Source: Pecten maximus
Lineage: Eukaryota
Direction: 5' to 3'
DNA: 64,000 bases
Assembly (NCBI RefSeq): GCF_902652985.1
Contig: NC_047017.1
Location: 41,788,001 to 41,852,000 of the forward strand
Below the pieces are notes generated by a model. That model did not search any database. It saw nothing but the letters and a program-made list of their open reading frames with translations, and had not been told where the DNA came from. The position numbers and the translations under genes are program-made. Shown one piece after another: positions 1 through 13,234 of this stretch (its first letter is position 1; every line of letters starts with the position of its first letter).

Positions 1-108
1 ACGTATACCACATTTAACATGTTAACAATGAGTATAATAACATAGGTTATAGAGATCCTGGAAATACAGAAGCGATAATAAACATGTATCTTTTCACAAT
101 CATTTCAG

Positions 109-3100
109 GATCTTCCTTGTTGACCATTTTCAAAAGGTCTTGCAATCGAACACTGTAGTAAGAACCATATCGGAATTGATGTACTACACGCCATCTCCTT
201 ATCCCCTAGACCTTCAAATTATCGACAAATCACAAGATGAAGAGGTAAACAATGTTAAGCTGTTTGTGCTTACTTTGAACATGGGTCAAAGGATTTTCAG
301 CAAACTTGCCATAAGGCAATATAACGTAGGTCCATCGTTCGTGCGTAAAACTGTTTTTATTTAAACAAAATCTTATCAGCCACTAAGGGGACTAGAATGA
401 TACCGTTTGGTCATGATTAGTGTTTTTCATTAATGCTCTTATCCTGATTTCGAGGTCACAGGTTCAACCATTATTGTCGATCAACAGTTCTAGAGACACC
501 ATGGGGTGAACACTTGTTCAAATGAATAGCCTTGACTCATTGCTTGGGTCGCATGAATTAGATACAGAACTGTTGTTATTTGTGTTGAATTACCCAGATT
601 AGGTCATATTTAGTGTAGTAGCATGATGTATTTAAAAAAAAAATTCTATCTAGACAAATTCGGTGGTCCCGAATTTGATAGATCTATAGACGTTCGAAAA
701 GTCTAGTATGTTTTATCATAACTAGGACAGAGATAAACATGTTTAAAAGGTATATAATCAAAATATATTAGTATATAATACACTTCACAACATAAGGTTA
801 ATTACGTGAAAGATTAATAAAATACAGTATAATGTAGAAGTATCGGTAGTATACCACATACTTTGTCGCACTGTATAGGACACCAATAACTCCCTTATTG
901 TTGTAGGAAATATGGACATTCAAATCAAAATCATGCCTAACTCGACTGGTCGTGCATTTAGCTTTTTTTTGTAAATAATTTTAGTTGGAGTTAAAATGGC
1001 AGCTAAAAGAAGAGCTATCTTTGGACTACATTGAATCGGTGGAGCTCACTTTACAAAACAGCACTACCAAAACTACCCTTGTTAAAGAAAACGGAACACT
1101 TGTGAGGAAGTTTGTTCTTGAAAACATAAAAGGTCAGTTTGTATTTTGAAAAAAATATACATGTAGTTAAAAATGGTAGATTTGATTTCTTATTTCTTCT
1201 TATGATTTAAACATTATTAAAGTAATATGTTTGTATACAAGTAAATGTATGTTACGATATTTTACTTCCCATATGTTTTATTACAATTTTAGAGAACATA
1301 AAAGTGAATGTCAAAGTGAAAACCAAACACATTGATGGAGTAGGTCAACTTTCTGACGAAACTGAGTTAGTGATTGTTCGACCACCACAGCCGAGGAGTC
1401 AAAAACGCGACCAATTTGTCAATTGGGAAAAAAAGGAGCGTCTAGAGAAGCATTTCGAGTTTAAGTAAATATACTTTTTCAAGTCCACCGTTCGCTTTTC
1501 CATCACTTCATGTCAGCATATGATATATATATGCATATATGCTACCACTGTAACATGTGGCATTTTCAGAGCTGCTGCTAACTGTATATGAAAATTAGAC
1601 AGAATCAAATTCTGGGTTCTTGTCATATTGATGTATTTTAATGCAACATCTGTATTTCATTCATGTATCAAATTAATGATGCTATAAATCAGGTAAATGT
1701 AATGGGGCATGATGTGTTTTTAATTTTATGTTTACAGAGAGACTGACCAAGGAGTGGATTCAAATAAACCGCAGCAGGTACATGTTGTGTGCAAATGATA
1801 TCCTTGTTTACTTTGTTGCCATTGCAATGTATGCTTAGTTACCTTGTTACTATTGCAATGTATCCTTAGTTACCTTGTTATGAATGAAATGTATCCTTAA
1901 TTACTAGGTTATGATTAAAATTGTTTTGTATCCCTGTTAATTTGTTATGAATGAAATGTATCCTTAGTAACCTGTTATAATTGAAATGTTTCCATGCACG
2001 GTTTGAATTTTAAGAACTTTTCATTCTGCTATAAGAACATTGCCTTACATTATGGTTGAACTGTTGACCTAAATTACAGATTCTCGATGAATCGTTATTT
2101 TTGTCACCAGATTGTTCTCGGAATGAGAAAACTAAAGTGCGGAGCATTCACTTGTCAGAGATCAAGTATAGCATCATCGCCAACACCATCGCCAACACCA
2201 TCGCCAACACCATCGCCAACACCATCGGTATCTTCATCGCATTCCGAAATGCGACCAAGACAACTACCAACACCACAACCTCTAACACAGCCCCAAGAAC
2301 AACCTCAATCCCAACAACCATCCCCGTTGTCATCACCAAAAGCAACACAACCTGTAGCTCAGCCCACACAACAACATCCACCCAAACAACCATCCCCGTT
2401 ATCATCACCAACAGCAACACAACCAGGTGTACCGTTACCACCATCTTCACAGCGATCGAATCAGGTATATGTTATACTTTCTTGAGAACCTACAGATTAT
2501 CTGAATTTTACTAGGATTGTCCAAGTGAAATTCAGTAAAAGTGTTAAGTTACAGGCGCTGTTTTGAAAATCATGATCTTATTGGATACAATTTTGTGTTT
2601 TAATTAGTTTAACAAACTTACGGTATAAAAAACGATGGTGAATATTGTGTCATCGATATAATTCCATTAATTCATTCCACTCATCCTGGTTTTTTTTAAT
2701 GAAAAAAATATCTTTAATACAATGTGAACGAACAAATATTGAATGTAAACGTTTTGTAGCATTGATTTGTACATAGTCTTATAGATTTTAATTTTCTGTA
2801 ACTGCATAAGCATAAGCAACGAAGGAGATTTGGAACCTCAAGAAGTCGGGAATATGAGGTAGGGTACCCTTTCTCTACTAAGCTTTATAGGTATGGAACA
2901 GTGTCAAACGACATACGGGTGACAGTCCCTACTGTCACAAACTTTGTCATGTCTGGAAAGGTCCAATATGCTTAATAGTATTTATCCCTGTGTAAAATGT
3001 TATACCACGATGCTATATATATTGCATTATAGCACGGTACTGTATATATAGAGGTTACACAACGAGCGAGTGTTGGATGTGGAATATATTTCACACGAGT

Positions 3101-6100
3101 AAGTTATTTTTCTAAAGTTGTAAAAGACACGAGCTTTAGCGAGTGTCTTTTGCAACTTTTAAAAAATAACTTGCGAGTGTGAAATAAATTCCATATCCAA
3201 CAATCACGAGTCGTGTGACCTGTTTCTACCACAATAATATCGGCTTTGATCAAAGGGAAACGTGGCCAAGTATAATTTCGCGTATATAAATAAAGTGTAC
3301 CGGTGACGTCCGGGACCCGGTAATGTGACGTCATTCGATTATTGATGACGTCAATAACAATTGCAGCTTGGGTCAAAGTTCGAATTCTTGACCAATCAAA
3401 AGATCGGAAGGTCATATACAACTAGTGGTATATGACATACATATACCACTAGTGGTATATAACATATATTTATCCAACAGTAGGCACATTTATACAATTG
3501 CTTGAGAGTGGAACAACACGGCGTATTGTGGTAGAAATATCATTATAGCACGGTACTGTATGCATACCATAGGACAGTACTGTATGTCAAACATAATAGG
3601 GTACTATATGTAAATTTAGTATGGTATCGTATGCATGACATTATAGTATGGTACTGAATGTAAAACATTACATCATGGTACTGTATATATAACATGGCAC
3701 GGTACTGTATGTATAACATCACGGTACTGTATGTATAACATATCACGGTACTGTATATATAACATATCACGGTACTGCATATATAACATATCACGGTACT
3801 GCATATATAACATATCACGGTACTGTATGTATGACATATCACGGTACTGTATGTATAACATATCATGGTACTGTATGTATAACATATCACGGTACTGTAT
3901 ATATAGCATATCACGGTACTGTATGTATAACATATCATGGTACTGTATGTATAACATATCACGGTACTGTATATATAGCATATCACGGTACTGTATGTAT
4001 AACATATCACGGTACGGTATGTATAACATATCACTGTATGTATAACATATCTCGGTACTGTATGTATAGCATATCACGGTACTGTATATATAACATATCA
4101 CGGTACTGTATGTATAACATATCATGATACTGTATATATACCATATCTCGGTACTGTATGTATAAGATAGTACGGTACTGTATGTATAACATATCACGGT
4201 TCTGTATGTATAACATATCTCGGTACTGTATGTATAACATATCTCGGTACTGTATGTATAACATATCATGATACTGTATATATAACATATCACGGTACTG
4301 TATGTATAACATATCACGGTACTGTATGTATAAGATAGTACGGTACTGTATGTATAACATATCACGGTTCTGTTTGTATGACGTCCTTAAATGACCCTGG
4401 CTGTAAATAGGACATTAAACAAAAACAAACCGAACCAAAGTATGACAAAGCACGTTATTGTATGTGTGATATAACACGGTAATGTGTGTATGAAATAATA
4501 GCGCAATGCTATATGTATACCATTATATAGAGGATATTTAGCAGTGTCTTCAGTAACACCAAATATATTTCACTAGTGGGGCTAATATTTTGATATTTTT
4601 CACGAGTGCGCATTTTTAAAGCAAAATCTGTCAAATCACAAAATATTTTCTTACTGGTGAAAAATATCACTTTTATAGAATGAATAATTTTCGATAATTT
4701 ACTGGTAAAATGAATAAAGCACGTACTGTAAGTGCGGTACTGTATGTACACATAGCACGGTACTAGTTTACACAACGAGTGGTTGCTGTATATGGTATTT
4801 ATTTCACTCAGGTTAGTTATTATAGAATGACGTATAACGTCGAATCTATTCCTAATGACGTTTACAAAGATTATGGGACATACAGCAACAAAGAAAAAGT
4901 AGTTCGGGCTAAAGTTCAAAATTCCGGAAAGTCATATAAACTTGTTGTATATTAATTTGTTGACTAAACTGTCATCACGTTTACACAAGAGTTCGAGATT
5001 GATATAGCAGCAAAATGGGTAAAGTAATATCATAGCACATCGTTATCATTTCTTACGTTAAAACTTGCTACTACCATTTCTTACATATATATGACAATAA
5101 CATGCTTTTCATCTTATTTCATTATCTGCCCACCCAGTCTGACAGTCAGGTCCAAGACTTTGATTCGTAAGTATGAGTTATATCCATACCTTTAACACGT
5201 GCTACAATATGATGATCGTGGTACTTGAAGAATGTAATAGGCCTTGCGTAGTGCGACCCAAATCACACCGGAAAAATATTGCGTTGCCATTTCAGCACCT
5301 TAAAGAATACGCGATTTAGTTACAACCAATTGTAAAATGTGTTCATGAGGTTTTCATAACGTTATCTGAATTGAACTTATTCGTGCACGTTTTTGCAATA
5401 TTGTGGAAGCATGTTGCTATCATAAGTTGCCTAGAGTAAGGTTTGTTATCTCGCTAAAATTATCAAATACCGAACTGTATCTATCAAAAACGGAAATAAC
5501 AAAAATGTTATAATGAACAAAACGAAACAATGGTCACGTGATATTAATCTAAACATAAAAGATGTCATGAATGATGTTAGTCAAATAAAAATTACTCGTC
5601 GTGAAAACAAGCCGATAATACTTATATGAAACCAAAGCCGCAATTCTTACCCAATATCAACAAAATGAGGACAAGAATAAACAAAACCGCTGGTTTGTAG
5701 AAAGACATTTTCACATAATTAAAGGTAACAAGACCAGGTGTTACGTAAGGATGGGCGTCTTCTGCCCAATCAACGGCACAATCAAGACAAAACATTTCAA
5801 TCCTGTCTTTTTTTTATTTAGAGGCCATCCTAGGTCTTCTGGACAGATACCAGAACTTCAGAGAAGTTCTTGTGGACCCCAACTACGTATACCTCTGAGC
5901 TGCCAGATTAATAACAACAGTGTCATCATAAGCCTTGATATTCAAAACGTGGTAATTATCATATACATGCATTTACGAATGTCTCTTCTCCCTGTATAAA
6001 ATCAGCCTAATAGTACTTCTGTTTGATACCAGTTGATGTTGGTGGTCAGGACGCCCCCCCCCCCCCCCCCCCTCATTTCGGATGAAGATTTTTTTATAGC

Positions 6101-7995
6101 CTTAAAAATGAAAAAAAAATACTAGACGAAACCTCTTTTTATCAATTCCATAAATCGCTCGGCCGGCTGTTATGTCTATTCGTATGACACCGAAAAAGAT
6201 TAAATCGTTAGGTAACATTGAATAAAAACACGCGTTAAATGTATATGTATGGAATAATTCTTGTTTTTTTATCCTTTACTGGTGTCTAAACTCAACGTGC
6301 GTCTTTCAGAATATTTGTAAATACAATGTAGTTTACGCACCAGTTACGATAAAAAATAATAATTTAAAGGATCACAAAATATGGTCTATGGGGTAGTGAA
6401 GGCTGGTAAGGGCATTTAGAACAGATAGATATTTCTGAAAAAAGTCGAAATCTCGACACTTTTATGAATTGTCTTGAAAACTGTCTTCTTACTATGGGAC
6501 GTATTATTTGTCTTAATAATATGATATAGGAGTTTTTTATTGATATATGTAGATATCATTTTATGCCTTATTTGCGTGATATCATACACAGCCAGCGCTT
6601 ACATTTCAAGGTCAAAACGAAATAAGTGTTAATACGTACCTGAAAAGGGAAAAGTCAAACAAATGTTCCTATTATTTGCTATTGACAGTTGTAAACTTAA
6701 CATCATGATCATTTTTTTGTGACTTATAACTGTTCGCTGCTACATCTTACCCCAAATTAAATCTACAGACGGAACGGTCAGCATATACGGGAAATTGTTG
6801 ATTATTTTAGAAAGTACATGCCTGAACAAAGATTTGGGTACATGAATACATTATTGTATCAAATTCAACATTATTATCTTAGATAACCCTTAAAGTTGGT
6901 GACAATAGGTATATGTATGATTAAAATATATCAAAAGAAGTGCACACACTGTAAGAGCGCAATCTCATTTCATTTTATTTTCAGAAAAAGATTTCAGATG
7001 ACAAGGTAGACATACGAAACGATATAAGTAGTAGTGAAAGTAATGGAGAAGAGATCAGTCATAGGAATAAGGAAAGTCGTTGGGAAAATGAAAAAGAAAT
7101 GCGCATTGAAAACGAAAGAAGTAGAAATAAGGAAGAAAGACTTCGCAGGAGTAAGGAAAGATGTAGAAAATATCAAGAAAAAAGACGGGAGAGAAACGAA
7201 AGAGAAAGGAAAGAAGAAGAAAAACGTCGTATGAGTAAGGAAATATGTAGAGAAAATCAAGAAATAAAACGGGAAGAAAACGAAAGAGGAAGGGAAGAAG
7301 AAGAAAAACGTCGCAGGAGTAAGGAAAGTCAAAGAAAAGAAGAGGAAAGACCACATAAAAACAAAAGGAAGAAAAGACCAATGAATTTAGGGGTGAGTAT
7401 TTTTTTTGGAATTTTCTCTGAAGGTGACATTTTTATAATTATTTCTATAAAGGTTGTTATAGATCAAATCACTAGTCTCCTGGTGATACCAGTTTCAGGA
7501 TAGGGGTTATCTAAGTTACTTTAGTAAATACATGTATTTAAATGTGTTTGCAGTGATTACGTTAAGTTCAGAAATAATAATGTGAGAAATGGAAAAGAAG
7601 AAAATAACTAATATATATATATATATAAATGAATTGCTTTTCCTTTGGAAAGAAAATGAGTTTAAAACAATTGATAAACACATTTTTTCCTGAAGTGACT
7701 CTACAAGAATGTTTGGGATATCTCCACTTTTCTGAAGTAGGAAAACAAAAAATCACTTTATAATACATTCATGATGACAATAAAACTGTACATCAATCGT
7801 GTATTTGTTTAACGAAATAAACATACCTTAAAAAATAATGTAAACCATTGTTTTTCCTGATAGGCGTATCACTCTCCAGAACACACAACAATTGAGAAAC
7901 CACGCCGTAGAGCATCAGGCTACTTTCGAATTTTATGGAGACGCCCTGTCCCTCAAAACGAACGGATGATGTACCTGTCTCCTTATTACTTTTAA
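109..7995 (+). CDS. 5'-partial multi-exon gene: fibronectin type III-like domain, Pro/Gln/Ser-rich linker, Arg/Glu-rich (coiled-coil-like) region; uncharacterised
   Basis: Ten AG/GT-bounded exons with compatible phases and no stops: 109-244, 985-1132, 1293-1464, 1738-1777, 2111-2464, 2811-2858, 5138-5166, 5822-5951, 6985-7392, 7864-7995 (TAA). Exons 1-3 join to PSPYPLDLQIIDKSQDEE|LELKWQL...KFVLENIK|ENIKVNVKVKTKHIDGVGQLSD, an FN3-like pattern (P..L, W, V.V, G.G..S). The exon 5 acceptor is uncertain (2111 or 2159). Confidence 0.65.
3049..3538 (-). mobile_element. Non-autonomous element with a long terminal hairpin (Crypton-like), inserted in the 24-bp minisatellite
   Basis: Imperfect palindrome of about 175 bp (3049-3225) centred on CGAGCTTTAGCGAG. 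CTACCACAATA after the hairpin is mirrored by TATTGTGGTAG at the far end. Satellite units lie on both sides. Same architecture as 11101-12280. Confidence 0.5.
3546..4375. repeat. 24-bp minisatellite (ACGGTACTGTATGTATAACATATC)n, about 30 copies, intronic
   Basis: Tandem units visible directly; source of the repetitive ORFs at 3543-4365. Confidence 0.95.
4380..4439 (+). mobile_element. SINE 3' tail fragment
   Basis: ACGTCCTTAAATGACCCTGGCTGTAAATAGGACATTAAAC plus an AAACC-type tail matches the 3' end of the SINE at 35388-37601. Similar tails at about 23770-23815 and 63150-63194. Confidence 0.6.
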
Positions 7996-8419
7996 AGTGA
8001 TAATGGCTTACGGAAACAGGTGTTAAACAGGGTTATTGTCGTAAAGGACAACTTTTAACATTTGTGTCTACATATATGTAATTGATAGAAATGTTTACAT
8101 CTACGCAGTCAGTTTATCAATGATTTAGGACAACCTCCAATTCGAGAATACATGTATGTAATTGATAGAAATGTTTTCATCCACGCAGTCAATTTATCTG
8201 GATTTAGAACAACTTCTTATTTACGTATACAGGTATATTGTTACATGTCTCCCTTTATCAGCTTAGTAATCTCTGACTGCGATTCGATTAGAGTATACAC
8301 AGTAAAAATGCTCAGTTGTATGATAAGCGCGGGAATCGGTAGCATAATCATGACGTCGTCTCTTTGTGATGTTATCGGAACGTCACCTAGACGGCGCCAT
8401 TTTGAAAAGACTGATCAAC

Positions 8420-8890
8420 TGAAACATTTGCGTTATGTGATGAGGACATTTTTTTACGTATAGGTAGTCAATGTGTCTGTGTTTTAGGACAACCTGAAAC
8501 ATCTGTGATGATGACAATTTTTTTTACGTTTGAGGTAGTCAATATATCTGTGTTTTAGGACAACCTGAAACATCTGTGATGAGGACATTTTTTTAAGTTT
8601 GAGGTAGTCAATATATCTGTGTTTTAGGACAACCTGAAACATCTGTGATGAGGACATTTTTTTACGTTTGAGGTAGTCAATATATCTGTGTTTTAGGACA
8701 ATCTGAAACATCTGTGATGAGGACATTTTTTACGTTTAGGTAGTCAATATATCTGTGTTGTAGGATTATCTGTAGCATCTGTGATGAGGACATTTTTTAA
8801 GTTGAGATAGTCAACATATCCTGTTGTTGGACTATCTGTAACATCTGTGATGAGGACATTTTTTACGTTTAGGTAGTCAATATATCTGAC
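8420..8890. repeat. About 60-bp minisatellite (GTAGTCAATATATCTGTGTTTTAGGACAACCTGAAACATCTGTGATGAGGACATTTTTTACGTTTGAG-like), about 8 copies with degenerate flanks
   Basis: Tandem units visible; decayed units extend to about 8040 and 9150. Same family as 38198-39225. Confidence 0.9.
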
Positions 8891-11100
8891 TTTTAACAAA
8901 CTTTCATGATTTAATGCAGATGTACTGGTTATGAGATGAGGACGTTTTTTTTTATGTCCGGTCTGTTTATCTGTGATTTAAGACATCATTTAACAATTTT
9001 ATGTGATAAAGAACATCCTTTACGTCCAAGCTATTTATCTTTGGTTTGTGACAACCTGTAACATATGTATGTGATAAAATACATCATGTATGTCCAGACC
9101 CAAACTTTTATCTGTGATTTAGGACAACCTGTAACATTGGTATGTAATAGAGGTTGATGAGAATAGTATAAAACCTCTAATCAAAACAATATATAACCCC
9201 CTTATCGGTAATTAATACCATTATTACAATTATAACAATATATCTGACTTGTTGTTAGATGTGTTTTTCAGTTGCTATTTATTTATTTTGATTACATAGA
9301 ACCTGACTTTTGGTGTGTTTAGAAATTCTTTTTCGAAATTAAGAAAAAAATGCTGATTATATGTTTATCTCCTTTCTAAGACAAACCTATAAGTAAGAAT
9401 TGTGATAAGCCTATATACACCTTTAACACTTCAGTAGGCGATTTATAACACTTGTTACTGAAAAGTGAAAGGATACAAGGTATGCTGTGATATATTATTC
9501 TATTCCAAAAAAGTGAAATTTCACGTCGTGAAATATTTACTGAACAGCTCCTGTCAGAGCCCCAAAATACAGCAAATTTGCTACATCGTAAGAGATAATA
9601 CCCTGTGATAAGGAAATCATACCTTCAAAAAATGCCCAGAGTCGCATCGAAGTTTACAAATAAAAAGAAATGTGATAATTTCCGTGTTTTGGAATTGCGT
9701 TTTTAGCTCAGATTTTATATCCGTATATGTTGCAAGTCGCATTATTTCAATACTGATAATTTAAGATGATTGTTATTGCGTGTATGACTAAGGGAAACTT
9801 TTCCTGGCAGGTTAGCTATCATATCTATGTAATGCTTCGTGTATTTATCTGTGATATCTGATAAATGGTGAGTAATTAGATGTTGGGTCTATTTGGTTGC
9901 TTTGGTGGTATAAAAACACTGTATTTCAATTTGTGTTTGTATTTAATTTTTGTGTTACCTTCCCTTCGTTTCCGATGTCTTGATGTAGCGTTTTGTCGTC
10001 ATTGTTGTATGCCGAGAATAGTGAGTTTTCGTTCATACTTTCTTCTTTATCAAAAGACTGTTTTCCGCAAGATAGGAATCGAATATTGTGAGTGCTTAAA
10101 GGGACATTCTTTCGTTTGGACATCGGAAATATACACAATTTCAATTGATGAAATCTATGTCCGACGATGATTAGATGGGTGATTGTGCCTACAAATAATG
10201 AAATACTCACCGAAATATACAGGAAAAAGGCGTATCGTATACAAATACCGTTTGTCTTTGCTTTAATAAGTGATGCTTTGGGTTGAATTAGGAATTTTCA
10301 GGACTTAATACTCGAAAAACTTTGGTTTACCTTGAGAGTAAACCTGCCGTAGTAATGTAAAGATTATTACTTTTACTACTTGCAAGAAATAATATCTTCC
10401 ATTAAGTTTAATTTTGACTACCTAAACTGTATTCAAACGAAGAAATGCCCCTTGAGATATCGTTTAAGCATGGGATTACATGAAACGACATTCGTCATGG
10501 TAATTTGAGTCGAAATCGAAACTATATCTCGTTATCAAAGTGAAAACAGGGGTTGTGGAAACGAAATCATAAAACGCTCTACAAGAATAAATTATTTTCT
10601 ATAAAACAATATCACATGGAAATACATCATAATACAGATCATGACGATTTCTCATAGTCATTATCAAATTGTATTTCTCAAAATTTGTATGCTAGCCAAT
10701 CGGTATTAAATTTGAAAAAAATAACCGAAAGGAAGCATTGGTATCAAAACTAACTGCTACATTTAAATACTATAGATTGAGAAAGTGGCGAAAGTACTAC
10801 TAGGAATGGGAATATCAACAACAACGAATTGGCAAACATGACAAATTCACAAAGTGGTAAGCGACTATATTGTCAATTTCCTTGGTTTGAATAGCGCCTG
10901 TAACAGTCAGTAATACCATACACGTATTGACAAACTAAAGACATAATAAACGCCCGGTCATCTTTATCGAGAACAAGCTATCCTGTAAGTAGTATGGAGA
11001 AAGGTCAAATGGTCACGTTCTCCGGACACGTATCGTTGTTGCGACATATTGAGATAATCAAGCTAGAATATAGCCAGGTCTAAGTTAATGTAACACTTAT

Positions 11101-12280
11101 TATTATACCTTTCCTTATTTTACTCCATATAAAAGGTAGACAATAGAAATGCTATTTGAAACACATCCTCTAAAAATGCTATTTACCAGGTTAATAGTCG
11201 AAGCAGACATAGTAATCGTTCAAGGGAATGCTACAGGAACATTTCGGAAAATGGCGTCATCTAAAAGTTTCGATAATCTGGACGAAGAAATGCTAGAGAG
11301 GATTTTTTTCTGAAAAAGACAGCGCAAACACATAACGAGAAATAAAAACGCCAGTTAGCATGCAAAAAGACTATCTCCGGGAAAAAGCATTAGGATTAGT
11401 GAGGATATGAAAATTGGTTCGAGAGAAAAAATGGAATGATTTAAATGCTGGTATAATAAAACAGTTATTGTATGGGTATTTCGGGAAATAGCACTTTTAT
11501 TGTCACCCTTGACATTAACTATTTCCCTCGGCTTCGCCTCGGAAAATAGTTCATGTCTTGGGGGACAATAAAAGTGCTATTTCCCTCACACTCATACAAT
11601 AACTGTATAATATTATACCTTTCCCTATTTTTACACTTTATAAAAAGTAGACAATAGAAATGCTACTTTAACCACATCCTCCAAAAGCGCTATTAACCAG
11701 GTTAATAGTCAAAAGTGCTATTTACCCGGAATGAGCACATTGATATTTTCGCAGTTTTTTTGCTTTGTTCATTCTGATTGGTCAATGCATAAGCGTTTTC
11801 GAGACCAAGAAGAAGCAGACACAGTATGTTTACTGAAATCGTAGGAGGGAATGCTAAAGGAACATTTCGGAGAATGGTTTCATCTACAAGTTTCGATAAT
11901 CTGGATGAAGAAGTGCTGGAGAGGACTTTTTCTGAAAAAGACAGCGCTAGCACAAAACAAGTAATAAAAACGGCAGTTAGCATGCTAAAAGACTATCTTC
12001 GGGAAAAAGCATTAGGAATAGTGGAGGATATGAACACTGGTTCGAAAAACATGGAATGCTTTAAATGAGGTATAATAAAACAGCTATTGTATGGGTATTT
12101 CAGCAAATATCACTTTTATTGCAACCCCCTCCCCCCCCCCCCCACCACCCCCCCACCCCCACCCCCCACCCCCCATTGACATCAACTACATGTATTTCCC
12201 TCAGAAGCCTAGGAAAATAGTTCATGTCCCGGGGGACATTAAAGTGTTATTTCCTTCACACCCTTTCAATAACTGTATAA
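11101..12280 (+). mobile_element. Two head-to-tail non-autonomous Crypton-like (tyrosine recombinase) elements, 11101-11610 and 11611-12280
   Basis: Both start TATTATACCTTTCC and end in a ~145 bp hairpin (CAGTTATTGTATG...CTCGGCTTCGCCTCGG...CATACAATAACTG). The retained mini-ORF from 11874 (SFDNLDEEVLERTFSEKDSASTKQVIKTAVSMLKDYLREK) resembles the N-terminus of DUF3504/KCTD1-like Crypton proteins. No TIR or TSD. Confidence 0.6.
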
Positions 12281-13234
12281 TACTGACCATTCTCCTTCCA
12301 AAGACTACATAACATAGGTGGAATTGTCCAAGTTGTAGCTAAGGTTAAATAGAATAATTACCAGGAGTAGCAATACTAACCAGCAGTCATTGCCTTAGTA
12401 GTAAGGTTCCATAACATAGTTACCAGGTAAAGCAATGCGTACTAACGGTATTGTATTAGTTATAACTGCTATTACATAAAATAGTTACCAGATGTAGCAA
12501 TATTAACTAGCGGTGATTGGTTTGGCTTGGTTTAATATAATCTAACGTCTTATCAACTTTCCTGTTTGCGAAAAAAAAACCCAGACAATTATCATTATTA
12601 TTATCACTTTGTCCTTTCTAAGATTACAATATACAAAAAATATAACCCGGTAGATATTAGAATCTTATATTATAGAAACTTGTGACGGGCGTCGTGAAAC
12701 CTTACACCGGCGGGTTTACACTGCGCAGAATGTTAAATGTTTAAAGTCAGGATTCTGATTATATAAAACAGCTAAATAACATTCAAGTGTGTAACGATGT
12801 CACAATATTACCTCTTTTATATGAATCCATAATTAAATCCACAAAAATAGTACTCAAAGACACACAATCACGATTTTTTAACATCAAGGCTTCATTCTTA
12901 TAACACTTTGGATTGAAAATAGCGGTTCGGTAAATACCAAGATAACGAACGAAAAGTTCCTCTTAATATACACATTCCGTATCGTATTTTTACAAACAAT
13001 GCCGCCTTGTTCTAAATATGTCACTTGAAGCGATCGAATAATGTAGCGAAGTGTTTTGTGTTCATGTATCATCAATTAAGTGTGAATTAGTGATTGGACT
13101 GTTAAAATGGGATATATGAAACCTAAAATGTAAGTACACGTCGTTGTCATCAAATTTAGAGTTGCGCTGTATAAAATAGTTTCGGTCGCTAAAGGTCGGT
13201 TGGCGTCCTTTAGCTATCTGAAGTAGGAAAAGGG

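Noticed and set aside
2101-2514. Thr-rich mucin-like reading frame
   Set aside because: Its phase at the 2464 donor leads to stops in the next exon; the Pro/Gln frame fits all downstream exons.
3543-4365. Cys/Tyr-rich repetitive ORFs on both strands
   Set aside because: Translations of the 24-bp intronic minisatellite, open in several frames because the unit length is a multiple of 3.
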